A program made the position numbers and the translations under genes. This document shows, piece by piece, positions 38,512 through 56,769 of a stretch of DNA of 64,000 nucleotides. The DNA comes from Eledone cirrhosa (Eukaryota). How positions within the stretch are numbered: position 1 is the first letter of the stretch; the number at the start of each line of letters is the position of its first letter. A model generated the notes under the pieces. It did not search any database. It was not told where the DNA came from and saw nothing but the letters and a program-made list of their open reading frames with translations. The DNA is taken from the NCBI GenBank assembly GCA_964016885.1, contig OZ024744.1, positions 29,884,001 through 29,948,000 of the forward strand. The letters run 5' to 3'.

Positions 38512-41436
38512 AGTTTCTTTTATTTGCCACTAGGGCATCAAAAGTGGGACAAGTACAAAGGGGGGAGTTTACACAAAAAGGCGTCCTCAATAAGGAGGAG
38601 GCAATAACAAAATATAAAAATAAAATAAGATATAACAAAAAATAAAATTTTTAACAAAATCCTCAATAGAGAGGAGGCGCCTTGGGGGGTCGCACACACC
38701 CCCGAAAAAAGTGTGCAACCCTTTTCCTCAGGAGCACAGAGAGGGGGTGCTCCCTCGTTCCTTCCTCTTTTCCACCTACAGGCTTATGTAAAGAGAAGGC
38801 CCATTCACACGGGCCATTCTCGCCACTTTCACCCACCTTTCATAAAAACGACTGGGGTGCAGCACCTCTCTCTCCATCCTGATCCTTCTTCCGAAATGAT
38901 ATCGGAAGAAACGGACCAGTTGTTGGCCAGAGAGAAAGGTGCCTGACCTCAGTCCTTTCAGACGCGTCCACCATACAACCTCTTTCGCCATGGCTATTAC
39001 GCACAGAAACACCGCCTCTGCTTCATCTTTGAAGGGGGGAGGCGGCTTGATCATTACAATAGACTCGGTGGTCAACCGGATCGGTCCCACCCTTGACAGC
39101 AGTTGTTCGACATAGCCCCACAGTTCGGCTACGCCCGAGCAGTGTACCAATGCGTGTGCAACGGTTTCCTCGTCGCACACGCATCTGGGACAGATCTTTT
39201 TGGCGGGGTCCCTACCCGGGCGCCCGTGTCTGTAGAGCCTTTCTCGAACGGGTAAAGCCCCTCGGTAGCACTGCCAGGCCAGGGACTTCTGGAAGTTGTC
39301 CATAGGTCCCGGGCTGAATGTCCTACCGAACAGGCTGGCCAGTTCGTCCTCCTCCATGTCTAGGGCTTCTCCGAGGGCGTCGTCGCACCTGCTGCGTACC
39401 AGCCCTCTATAGAATGTTGCGGTGGAGTCTCCACTGACAACCGGATCCGCCTGCCAGAGGGCGGTGAGCGCCTGGGCACACTCAGTGTGCCAGGCGCCCA
39501 GTTTTCTCGGTCTTTGCTTGACCCAGGATTGCAGCTCGGTGAGTGAGACGAGCCTGGGAAAGGTTCGTCTCACAAACGAGGCCCACACCGGTTGTCCGGT
39601 GAGGAATACGTAGAGGTGCCGTAGCCTTAATGCGTGTTTACGCATCATTAGCCACGGCATCCCCAGCCCTCCTTTCGAAGGGTGTTGACAGCAGATGGAT
39701 CTCCTCACCATAGGAGCCCGCCTCTTCCAAAGGAATTGGAAGAGCGCGCGCTCCATCTTGGTGAGGGTTTCCCTTGGGCAGGGCACTACGGTCAGGCGGT
39801 AGTAGATGACGGACGCTATATAAGTGTTCGCCACCTCCGCCCGACCTTTCAGGGATAGTTTGCAACTGGCCCACTTCTGGGTCAGTGCAAACACCCTGTT
39901 CGTAACCTCCGCCCAGTTTTTCTCCACCTGGAGGTCCGGTCCGAACCAGACCCCGAGCAACTTCACCGGGCCCTCCGTCCAGCGTCCGACGACGCCATCG
40001 GAGGGCATCGGTCTGCCCCTCCACGTGCCGAGTTGCAAACCGATCGACTTGTCCCGGTTCAGCTTAGCCCCTGTGAACTTTTCGTACTCCTCCAGTAAGG
40101 TGCCGACCGCCTCGATTTCGGAGGCCGTCGACACCATTACTGTCACATCATCGGCGTAGGCTGACACCGCTTTCCGCAATCCCGGTTCCAAAGGGATGCC
40201 CTGCAACAACTCCAACTTCCGCAGTAGTGGCTCGAGAGTCAACACATACAGAAGGGAGGAGAGAGGGCACCCTTGTCGGATGGACCGCGCGATTTTGAAC
40301 GGCTCCGAGAGGTAGCCGTTCACCTTGACCCTAGAGCAGATGCGGCTGCTGTGCATAGCAGTGATCCAGCCCCTGAAAACGGGTCCGAAGCCTGCCGCCG
40401 CTAGCACCGCATCCAGGTAACCATGGTCGACCCTATCGAACGCCTTAGATTGATCCAAGTTGATCAGAGCCCCACCAAAGCCGGGTTCGTTCCCAACCCT
40501 CTCTATGATGTATCGCATGAGGTGGAGGTTGTCATGGATGGACCTGGACGGGATAGCGCATGTCTGCGCATCTCCCACCAGGTTGCCCACGACAAGCGCC
40601 AACCTCTTTGCTAGCACCTTGGCCAAAATCTGTAACTCTGTATTTAGCAGAGTTATGGGCCTGAAGTTACTTATTTCGTCCCCCTTGTTCTCCTCCTTCC
40701 TCACTAGCGTGACTACGCCCTTGGTCACAGTACAGGGAATTCTCCCGTTCTGTTGCCAGTTGCAGTAGACCGCCTCGAGGAGATCGGGGAACAAGTCCGG
40801 CATAGCTAGATATAATTCGTAAGGAAGACCATCGAGACCCGGGGATTTGCGTTTGCCGCATTGGCTCAGCACGTCCTCTATCTCAGCGGCCGAAATCGGC
40901 TCCTCGCAGGACTTTGCCTCCCTGTCCGAGAGGCGCGGCAGGCCGTCGAGGTATGGACCGAAGTCCACGTTCCCAACCGGCTCCCCGCCCCTCCCGAACA
41001 GTCGGGCAAAGTGCCTTTGAAAGGCCTCACACATCTGCTTAGGCTCAAGAATCGCCCGTCCATCCAGGTCTCGCAAAGACCGGATGGTGGATTTAGTTCC
41101 ACTGTTGGCCTCTGTCACGCGGGCCCAGCTAACAGCTTTGGCCCCCTCGTTCCCTAGAGCACGTATTTACTTCGGACAACGCAGCCTTCGTGCTTCGCGT
41201 CGAAAAACTGGCTCAAAGCCGTTCTCGACGCTAGCACTCTGGCCACGTCGCCGCTTCTAATTGCCTCTTCTACTCTATCTATTAGCTCCCTTTCCTTCCT
41301 ATTCCTATCCGCAGCTAGAACCTTACTAAATTCAATCGAGACTACTCTAATCTCTCTCTTTAGAGATACCCACCACCTGCTGTTGACGATCGCTCCAGTC
41401 AACCGTTCCATAACTAACGTACTAATCCGATTCCTG
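38512..41436 (-). mobile_element. Tx1-like element subfamily B, copy 3, 5'-truncated, with 10-bp TSD
   Basis: ORF 38776-41118 encodes RT plus CPRC..HALVHC and is nearly identical to copy 1. TGTACATATA is duplicated at 38502-38511 and 41437-41446. Confidence 0.95.
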
Positions 41437-41446
41437 TGTACATATA

Positions 41447-43810
41447 GAAGACTTGTTGGCTGATAAGAGGCGTGCTCTGTCACGCTACTTGACGGCAAAA
41501 CCACAGGAGAGGAATACGTTGCATGAGGAACTCAGGGATGTAAAATCACGTGTTAGGCGGAGTCTTTCTCAGATGAAGGATCAGTGGTGGAGTGAGAAGG
41601 CTGGTGAGATACAAACTGCGTCTGATTCCAATAACACAAAGCTGTTGTACAGTCTCTTGCGTGAGGTTTATGGACCGTTTTCTTCTCTGGTGACACCGCT
41701 TCGCAGCAGGGACGGCAAAGAACTTGTTTGTGACTCACAAGGAATTCTACGAAGGTGGCGAGAGCACTTTGATGATCTTTTGAATCAGCCGTCTGTCGTC
41801 AGTGAAGATTTCCTCAATCTCATTCCAGAAAGTCCTGTGAAAGTAGCTCTCGCAGAACCTCCGACGCTTGTGGAGATTGCAGTGGCTATTTCGAAGCTGA
41901 ACAATGGAAGATCTCCAGGTATGGATGGCATACATGCTGAGCTCCTACAATATCGTGGTGAGAGACTCCTGCAACATCTTCACTCTTTGTTTGGCAGGAT
42001 ATGGGCTAATGAATCCGTACCTGAGGACTGGAGAGATGCAGTAATGGTGGTCTTGTACAAGGGAAAGGGTAACAGGAACGATTGTGGGAACTACAGAGGT
42101 ATATCATTGCTTTCTGTCGTAGGGAAAGTTTTATGTAGGGTGCTTCTGGACCGTCTGCTGACCCACATTGCAGATTGTGTTCTTCCTGAAAGTCAATCTG
42201 GTTTTCGTGCTGGACGCGGCACTACTGATATGATCTTCTCAGCTAGACAGCTCCAGGAGAAGTGCATGGAACAAGGCTTGGATCTGTATCAGGTTTTTGT
42301 CGATCTGACAAAAGCTTTCGATACTGTTAACAGAGATGCATTATGGAAGGTTCTCCAGATACTTGGTTGCCCTGATAAGTTCCTTGCTTTAGTTAGGTCT
42401 TTCCATGACGACATGAAGGATTGGGTTAATGTCGGGGGTAACATGTCGGAGCATATCTCAGTAAAAAATGGAGTGAAACAGGGGGATATTCCAGCACCGA
42501 CCCTGTTTGCCATATACTTTGCAATGGTTTTCTGTATTGCATTCAGGAATTGCGAGCATGGTGTTTACATCCGATATCGAACCTCAGGCAGCATATTTAA
42601 CATTAGGCGCTTTGCTGCGAAGACAAAAGTATTTACATCAATCATAAGAGACCTCTTGTATGCAGATGATTGCGATCTTGTAGCGCACACAGAGAGTGAT
42701 ATGCAGCACATTTTGAATGCATTTTCTGACGCTTTCACTGCCCTAGGTCTGACTGTCAGTCTCAAGAAAACCGTCGTCATGTACCAACCTGCCCCTGGTA
42801 AGCAGTACACTGAACCAAACATCTATGTGTGTGGCAAACGACTTGGAGTGGTTGATCAGTTTGTCTACCTGGGAAGCCCTGTCAATCGATACAGCAACCT
42901 TGACAGTAAAATCTCACTTAGGATTAGGAAAGCAAGTGATGCTTTCGGAAAGCTAGAAAGGCGACTCTGGGGTCGGCGAGACATATGCAGGAGGACAATG
43001 GTAAAGGTGTACAGGGCATGTGTGCTCTCTTGTCTTCTTTATGCCTGAGAGACCTGGGTCACATATCGACACCACCTTAAGCAATTGGAGCGTTTCCATC
43101 AGATGTGTCTCAGACGGATCCACGGCGTTCACTGGAGGGACCACATCAGTGATGTCGAGATTTTGGAAAGCTCTATGTGTGACAGTATAGAAGCTCTTGT
43201 GCTTAAGCAACGACTCCGTTGGAGTGGTCACCTTGCCAGAATGAAGGATTCTAGAATACCAAAACAACTCTTTTATGGAGAGTTGGTTAAAAGAAAACGA
43301 CCGCCACATAAACCAAAAAAGAGGTATAAGGATTCCTTGAAAGCCTCTCTGAAAGACGCTAACATCTCTGCTGATACATGGGAGAATATTGCTGCTGATC
43401 GTAATAAATAGAGAAAGACTGTATATGAGGGAAAAGTTGCCTTTGAGGCATCTCGAATCGCACACGAGAAAGTAAAGCGGGATGTGAGGAAGAGCATTGC
43501 TGTTGCACTTCCAGACGGCGAGGGTCCTCCTATGGTGCTGACATGCAGCGTATGTGCGAGACTCTGCCTAAGCAAAGCTGGACTCGAAAGTCATCTTCGC
43601 AGTCATAAAGTAAGACCAGTGGTTGACTACCAGGCTGCTGTTGGAGATGCTACTCATCATGCTTGCCAAACATGTGGTAGAGAATGTAAATCAGCAGGAG
43701 GGCTCAAGCGACATGCAAAAGTACACGAACTCCAACCACAGCCGACTATTCCCAGTGAATGTTTTGGTTGCCGACTCTGTGCAAGACATTTTAGATCATT
43801 GGCAGCGCTG
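41447..43810 (+). pseudogene. RTE reverse transcriptase with C-terminal C2H2 zinc fingers; in-frame stops at 43046-43048 and 43409-43411
   Basis: ORFs 41453-43048, 43085-43411 and 43484 onward are in one frame. Confidence 0.88.
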
Positions 43811-43962
43811 TTAGTTGCTATCGTGTGTGTGTGTGTATATATGCTTATGTGTGTGCGTGTGTGTGTATATATATATGTATATGTATATTATTATTGTTGT
43901 TATTATTATTATTATTATTATTGTTATTAATGTATGTGTGTGTGTATATGTGTGTGTGAGTA

Positions 43963-43994
<32 letters not shown>

Positions 43995-43996
43995 TG

Positions 43997-44029
<33 letters not shown>

Positions 44030-44499
44030 TTCTTTTATTTTTTTTTATTTTTATTTTTATTTTTATTTTTATTTTTATTTATTTATTACTATTATTTTTT
44101 TTTTTCTTTCTCCTCGTGCAATGGCCATACTCGATAACGAGGGGGCAGACATCATATCATCATATATGTATGTATGTATGTATGTATATTTAAAAAAATA
44201 GAGGTGTAACACACGAGTTGTGATATATTAGTAAAAGGAAAAGAAAATGCTGACTAATTTTTCCCAGTGAAAAATAGTTTAATTAGGAATAAGTATAAAT
44301 TAGTAATAAATTAGTATTCAGTTTTAGTTTTTACTGGTTGCGCATTTCTAATGCTTTTCAAAAATAATTTTGAGATAGAGCGCTCGTGATGTTTGCTCTA
44401 ATGTGTTTGCTCTAAACCCCGATCATGAGCCAGCTGTTTGACAAACATTTGTAACCAGGATTGAGCAATAAATTTCCTATGTAACACCTCCACTTTGTT

Positions 44500-47195
<2,696 letters not shown>

Positions 47196-47207
47196 ACACA
47201 CACACAC

Positions 47208-47237
<30 letters not shown>

Positions 47238-47240
<3 letters not shown>

Positions 47241-47420
47241 GGAACCAGTAAGACCCCGACAGCTGAGCTCAAGCCGTTTCGACAGCTAATTAGCCGTCGA
47301 AACGGCTTGAGCTCAGCTGTCGGGGTCTTACTGGTTCCTATTACCCACTCTACTACCTCAAGTATTGAGTACTTTGGTGCGTTATGGTCCACCTGGTTCC
47401 TTACCACATTTCCTTCGTTA
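47238..47420. repeat. Palindromic (fold-back) copy of the 7728-7914 repeat family
   Basis: 47238-47288 pairs with 47289-47341 with essentially no loop. The right arm continues to the family 3' end (TTCCTTCGTTA) and (TA)n. Confidence 0.85.
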
Positions 47421-47422
47421 TA

Positions 47423-47484
<62 letters not shown>

Positions 47485-47485
<1 letters not shown>

Positions 47486-48480
47486 TAGCAGCAGTACCCA
47501 GCGTTGCCTGGGTAGGTAAAATAATATCCGCTTTGATGAAAAGGTGTTGATCTTAGCGACTGCTTCTCGATGACTCATCTATGGCCACACACAAGCCATG
47601 TGGGGGGGGGGGGGGGGTGATGACCTCTATCACTGAGAAACGGGGGTGACTGACGAAGGGGAATGCTGGGGGAGGGAGGTAATGACCTCTAACACTAAGC
47701 CAAATTTCCTCACGCTACTTGATTGGAAACCGATGAATTCTCAAATACACAACTAAAGGCTCAGACGACGTCTGTGGCCATCGTTTTTCCTTTGACCATC
47801 TATAAGATGTGCAATGATAGGTTCTATCTTAGCATAAAAGTTGAACCAAATAAATTGATTTATGTGTGAGGTGGATCCGAAGTTTCGAATTTGAACGAGC
47901 CGAAAAGGCGGAAATTTGAGCGAAAAAGGTGGTATTTTCGAATATTTAAGCGGCTGCCACTCCGTTCTTGAACAAAAAATCCAAAATTTAAAATCACTAA
48001 TCTGATCTAGCGTAGTGTAAAATTTGAACAAAGTAGGTTGATTGATGTGGGAGCTAGAGCCGAAAAAGTGGAAATTTAAGTCTAAAAGTGGTATTTTTGA
48101 ATAGTTAAGCGGCTGCCACGCCGTCCCTGAACAACAAATGCAAAATATAAAGCCATTCCAGGATGTGCAATGATCAATTCTATTTTGCTTTAAAATTTGA
48201 ACGAAATCCGTGGCAAAATGTGGGAGCTAAAGCAAAAAATCTTATTTTTTGATACCTAAAAAAAGGTGACTCCCCTATCGATTTTTATCTGCAGAATGAT
48301 CCCGGAATAAAAAAAAAACGATACGCTGATGTATGGAAAACACTCCCCGATGACTAATCTATGAGCCTGTAAAGTTTCATGAAAATCGGTCGTAAGATGT
48401 AGGCCCCTATAGGTAATACACAGACACACAGACACACACAGACATACTTAATTTTATATATATATATATATATATACAGG
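47485..48480 (-). mobile_element. Non-autonomous Helitron
   Basis: The minus-strand 3' terminus has hairpin CCCAGGCAACGCTGGG, then 8 nt, then CTAG|T at 47485. The 5' end is TC..(TA)n followed by a (TCTG/TG)n microsatellite. There is an internal subrepeat of about 160 bp. Confidence 0.75.
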
Positions 48481-48535
48481 AATATATAAATATTACAATT
48501 CTATTTTTCTCTGAAGGTGGCTTGTTAACAGAATC

Positions 48536-48571
<36 letters not shown>

Positions 48572-49033
48572 ATGGTTAAGGGAGCCGACCACATTCAGAT
48601 GGTGTCAATGCGTTCTCTAAAGTTTGAAGCTGTATATGTCATGAGTAAGAAAGAACACTCGGTGTGTAAAGAGAAAAAGAGTACATGGGAGCTAGGGTAG
48701 GTAAAAAGGAGAAGAAGGGGTAAATAGGGGTAGGGAGGGGCGTAAGAAAGGTAAAAAGTAAAAAGATACCCGGTATTTCCTAACAATAGCCGATCATTTT
48801 AAACAGTTCTGGAGTCATGTTACACATATATCTGATACCGTGTTTCATGTTTGTTTTCGTTAAATTGTTTTTCTATCCATTCATTGAGAATTTCAGAGAC
48901 CGAAGCGTTAGGTTTTTTTTTACAATTCTCACGGATATTGAATATTGAACCTATCGAACTGTTGTTCTACTAACTGGGTACACAAATAAATAAAATAATA
49001 AATTATTTAGCCTTAATACACACACACACACAC

Positions 49034-49124
<91 letters not shown>

Positions 49125-49689
49125 GCTGTGTGGTTACAATGACCTATATATATATATATAAATATATATATATATACATATGAAAAATGGCGTGCTGCGT
49201 TGTTGCAAATGGGATACATATGAATAACATTAGAGCAGAAGATAAGGCGTCCGTCATCAGTGATCTTCCAGCCGTCGTTGGTATTTCTTCGCATTAAAGA
49301 TCATATACCTCTGGCTGGTGCGAGCAATAACTAAAAAAAGTTATTAGGACACGTAGAATAGGGTGAAGCGAGCGAGACATGTAAACAAACAGAGATGGTA
49401 ATGCAACGGAAAGAGAGGAAGAGGAGAAACAAGTCCGTGATATCTGTGAACTTAAGTTCGATCAAATCATGGACGAGAGACACAGACGCGTTCGAGCCAT
49501 GTGAGATGTAAGCGAGAAAAGGATTTCACACAGGTCAGACGGGAGGGAGTGAGAGAGGGGGAGTAGCAGAGAGTGAGTGAGTGACAGTGTGAGGAAGAGG
49601 CCAGCTGAGAGAGAGTGACTGGCAGAGGGAGTGAAATGTAGGTGAGAGACACAGGGGGAGAGAAAGAGTATAACAGTATATATATAATT

Positions 49690-49822
49690 AATTACAACAG
49701 TGACATAAACAGGTACTCATGTTTCGTTGGGTTCTGGGCCCCAATTCGTTCAGCCTGTCATGAACGACGTGGGGGCCAGAACCCAACGAAACTTCAGTAC
49801 CTGTTTATGTCACTGTTGTAAT
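49690..49822. repeat. Fold-back inverted repeat with degenerate hammerhead-like arms
   Basis: ATTACAACAGTGACATAAACAGGTACT..TTTCGTTGGGTTCTGG pairs with CCAGAACCCAACGAAA..AGTACCTGTTTATGTCACTGTTGTAAT. Confidence 0.75.
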
Positions 49823-50425
49823 AATTTATACTAAACTCGTCCTATGGACTGAGTGCTCTTACTTTTGGATGTTTCCACTTAACTTTTACTTCAGCATATA
49901 TATTGCAAACTTGACACAGTCAATATGTCTAGCCAAATCCCTACACATACACACACATACACAAGTAACGAATCTTAGAACGCTGGACTTCTATAGTTTC
50001 TCACCCTCTCCTTCTTCAGTCATTACATAGATGTGTGTGTGTATGTGATAATTATATTTTCTAAGTGTGTCTGTTTATATATATGTATGTGTAGATGTGA
50101 GTGTGTCTGTAATTCTATTGTCTATGTATCTTTCTAAATAAACACACACAAACACATATACACTCACACAAATACTCTATATAAATATAATTTACACAAA
50201 CATACACTCACATAATCACAACAGCCAATGTATGTAGCAAATTCGCTATATAAACACACACATGTGTAGCGAATGTTAGACGCTGCTTTCTGCAGTATCT
50301 CATCACCCCTTCCTTTCTCAGACATCTCCAGTGCATGACGTGATCATCCCTTCCTTCCCAATTTATCTCTCATGTGTGACGGACAAATACACCTTGGCTG
50401 TTGTTATAGTTCATATATATATATA

Positions 50426-52601
<2,176 letters not shown>

Positions 52602-52823
52602 GATTTTTAACAATAGCGAGAGAGTCGGTTTTTAACATAGACACAATACTCTCTCATTGGAATTTACACAACATCAACTAGGTAGATATGTCTGCATGTC
52701 TGCAAGCATGCATGTGTGTGTAGGTATGGATGTTAGTGTATGTGTGGATTTGGATGTTTTGAGTTGCATGTGTGCATGTGCATGTGCATATGCTTAATAT
52801 CTGTAAATGTGTATATGCAGTTA

Positions 52824-54455
52824 TTAGATGTAGACTATTTGGAATGTTTTACATATGTTTACTGTTCCATTAATTGATTGTACTTGTAATTTCCTAACTA
52901 GTGTTCTTTCTCTTTCTGTGAAGCCTAGCTTCTCAAGATTTGTATTGAGGCAATTACTAACATATCTCAGTGCCCCAATAATCGCAGGTATAAATCTGAA
53001 GGTGTATTCAGGGTGGAGTATCTGCAGATTTCTCATTAGTTCTGCATAAATATTCTTCTTTTCGTTAATCTTTGATATTATATTGGCATCTGCTGGGCAG
53101 CTAACTTCCACTACTGTGCATGCCTTCTTTTCCCTGTTCCATATCATAATATCTGGTCTGTTATCCCTGCATTTTATTGGGGTTTTTACTGGAACATTCC
53201 CCCAGTACTCTTTCATATTATGTATATGTATGTCTTCCACATCGCTGTAGATCGGGGCTATCTTTTCTACAGTGTTTTGGCCACTACATCATGCCTCATA
53301 GGTAAATAGTACCGCAATGACATCTTTGGACAGCTACTTATGACATGGGTGACATCTTCGATGTTAATTCTGCATAGTCTGCACTTGTTGTCACATCTAG
53401 GTGTTTTGTCTGCATCCCTATCACTTTTCTGAATAGGGTATTTCGTGTTGATTTCCTGTTCTTGGATTGCAAAAGCGTATCCTTCAAATGGGAGCCAATA
53501 TAGCGGTTGTTGGTCCAAGATAAACTACTTTCCTTATCTATATTACTCTCACTCTGGAGTTTCCTGGTAACAAATCTATAGTCAATATAGCCGTTGTTGG
53601 TCCAAGATAGACTACTTTCCTTATCTATTATACTCTCACTCTGGAGCTCCCTGGAAACATATCCATGCATGATTTTTTGCTGATAAGCATGCAGTTTTTT
53701 ATCCATGGATTCACTGCGGTACTGCTGAGCAACTTCCTGGGTGTGAGTTTTTGATTATCATGATGGGAGTATCTTTCACGGAGTTCCTTCCCAACTCTCA
53801 TGATCTTATCTGTCTCATGCAGATAGACTTGCTCGAGAGACGGGCTCCTACGCTTCGAGGTTCGTAGATGTCAGAGGGATATGATGCGACATTCAAATGT
53901 TGCCTGGACTGATGTTAGGCCTCTGCCTCCCTGCTTACGTTTCAAGTAAAGGCGGTATATGTCACTGATGATGTGGAGGTTTCCGGTGTTGTTTAGTATT
54001 TTTCGAGTCCTAACATCAACTGCTCGGATTTCGTCTATCGTCCAATTGAGTATTCCAAACGTTGGTGTTAGGACAGGCACAGCAAACACATTGTGAGCCA
54101 CTGTTTTATTGTGCGCAGAGAGTTCTGATGACCATGTTTTTCTTAATTGGGTGTAGTATTCCCTGGTTACGCGTTCCTTATTACAGATACCATTATAGGA
54201 TATGTTCTCATCTATCCCCCGGTATCTGTAGCAGTCCTCATCAGATATCGGTGAAACAGTTAGGCCATTGATGACAATGTTGCTAGATTGGGTTGTTGTT
54301 TTTCCTCGCTTTACAGTCATGTATGAACATTTATCTTGGCCAAAGTCCATTCCTATATCCTTTAAGACTGTTGTAACCAGGTCAAGATTTTCCTCCACAC
54401 CATCTATGTTCTTGGCATAGAGTTTAAGATCGTCCACATAGAAATTATGGGTTAA
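52824..54455 (-). mobile_element. R4/Dong-like element 3' half (RT C-terminus, CCHC, RLE endonuclease), decayed
   Basis: Motifs: HNFYVDDLKLY, FGQDKC, RLYLKRKQGGRGL, AIQEQ, CRLC..HVISSC, RHDVVA, NRPDI..VVEVSCP..K..Y, IIGAL. An internal tandem duplication of about 87 bp lies at 53500-53665. Confidence 0.88.
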
Positions 54456-54546
54456 GTGGTGTATGTATGTATGTATGTATGTATGTATGTATGTATGTAT
54501 GTATGTATGTATGTATGTATGTATGTATGTATGTATGTATGTATGT

Positions 54547-55090
54547 TATATGTCGGGTCGTCGGCAACGCCATCGTGTTGGTGACGGTGAGGAGGGTGAT
54601 TTTGGACACCCTGCAGGACAAAAAACAAAACCTGACAAAGGGCGCAAGAACTCATAAGAGTCAACGGCCATCCGTGTAAATATGTATATACACATGTACA
54701 TATGTATGTATATGCGCGGGGACATAGAAATAGTCAGGCTGGACACCCGATCACGCGGTTAAACCACTGGGAGTGAAGGACCCCTAGCCTTTGTCATGAC
54801 ATTCTTCTAGGAGAAGGCAACTCAGGAAACTGGGATAACTCCGATATAAAACCTGCGGCTCAGTAGTTACCGATGATGTTGATCTTTTCTTCTTTCCGGG
54901 TTATAGCTACTGTCGCTCAGAGAGTGGGATTGGCTCAGTGCACAGTCTTTCCTCACTTTAGAAAATATCTTCATGCACAGGCATTGCACTATAGAATTGA
55001 TTAATAATTATTAATAATGGTATATCGTATATTAATAATGGCCTTACTCGATAACGAGGCGGCAGCCATCATATTATATGTATGTATGTA
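54547..55090 (+). mobile_element. Putative short non-autonomous RTE derivative
   Basis: It is flanked by (TATG)n and ends in the RTE 3' terminus AATGGCCTTACTCGATAACGAGGCGGCAGCCATCAT. The internal CTAGGAGAAGGCAACTC..AAACC resembles RTE 5'UTRs. Confidence 0.45.
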
Positions 55091-55155
55091 TATATATATA
55101 CATACATGTGTGTATGTGTATGTGTGTGCATATACATACACACAAACACACACAC

Positions 55156-55199
<44 letters not shown>

Positions 55200-55227
55200 G
55201 CACACACACATATATATGACGATACGA

Positions 55228-55644
55228 ATGACCATAGGATTTGCACCTAGAACATTTCCCTCTGAGACACAAGTCCGGTCAGAGTTGTTTGTGGAAGACC
55301 AGCAGTCTCCCATACATACCAACCTCTCCTCTCCTCACCACAGATGTTGTCCAAGGGAAAGGTAATGGCTGATACAGCTTGGTACAAGTCACGTCAAAAC
55401 ATTAATATACACTATATATACACTATATATACACCATATATACACTATATATGATGTTGTCCAAGAGAAAGGCTACGGCCGATACATCTTGGCACCAGTG
55501 ACGTCACAACTCATTTCTACAACTGAGTAAACTGGGTCAACGTGAAATAAAGTGTCTTGCTGAAGGACACAACACATCACAACCATCGAACTCACAACCT
55601 TTCGATTATAAGCCCAATGCTCTAACCACTAGGTCATGCGACTT

Positions 55645-55645
<1 letters not shown>
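55228..55645 (-). mobile_element. tRNA-derived SINE with CORE-like central block
   Basis: Minus strand: A box TGACCTAGTGGTTAGAGC, B box GAGTTCGATGG, then GTGTCCTTCAGCAAGACACTTTATTTCACGTTG..CCAGTTTACTCAG. Confidence 0.75.
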
Positions 55646-55687
<42 letters not shown>

Positions 55688-56295
55688 TTTTTATTTTTTT
55701 ATGTGTGCATGTATTAAGCCAAACCTCCTGATGTAGTCGTAGGGGCGCTGTAGTAAAGTACGGTGTGTCATGGACATTCCTCCTCCTTTTATATCACCCC
55801 CCCCCTCTCATCTACCTCTCATCCCTCTCCATCTCTCCATCGCTCCTTCCTCCTCACCGCTATCTCTCCATCTCTTCACCCCCTCCCCCCTCTCTATATC
55901 TCTCCATCTTCATCTATTCCTTTATTTCTTTACTCGGACCTTGAAACTTTAAGCGGTGAAATGAAATTTGAATCTCAACTTTTCCCCTATATAATGCATC
56001 ACTCTCAAGGATTTTTTTAAATTTTTATGGCGTTCTGGACTAATAACTTGTAGACAACCCAAACATCCGTTATAGACAATCCTAACATCCGGTATATAAT
56101 CACGATAACTAATGCATAATCACGGTATCAAATGCTTATATATATATATATATATATACGGTACAGAGTTTCCCCTTCTACCACCACCACAACAACCACA
56201 TTGCCACCGTCACCAACGTGTCACTAATATGTCACTAACCTTCTTTATTTCACCTTTCTCTCCCTCCCCCCTCTCTCTCTCTCTGTATACATACC

Positions 56296-56393
<98 letters not shown>

Positions 56394-56470
56394 TGTATAT
56401 ATAGTAACACACACTTACATGGATATATATATTTATATAATATATATATATATATATGTATGCATGTATG

Positions 56471-56545
<75 letters not shown>

Positions 56546-56570
56546 GTATATATATATTTGTATTTGTATT

Positions 56571-56615
<45 letters not shown>

Positions 56616-56651
56616 GTATATGTATATATATAGAGAGAGAGACACACACAC

Positions 56652-56683
<32 letters not shown>

Positions 56684-56769
56684 GTGTGTGTGTGTATATA
56701 TATATATTACTAGAAGGAATTCCAACTGTGTCTGATTTACTCGTTTTATTTACAATCCTTTAAAATTAT

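Larger units (their letters stand above)
38304..44188 (+). mobile_element. RTE-clade LINE, 5'-truncated, interrupted by Tx1-B copy 3
   Basis: The frame RKHQDWFNENDVHI|EDLLADKRR continues across the insertion. RT motifs: NYRGISLLS, LPESQSGFRAGRGTTDMIF, FVDLTKAFDTV, GVKQG, LLYADD, LRWSGHLARM. C2H2 fingers lie at about 43540-43810. The 3' end is AATGGCCATACTCGATAACGAGGGGGCAG followed by (TATG)n. Confidence 0.9.
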
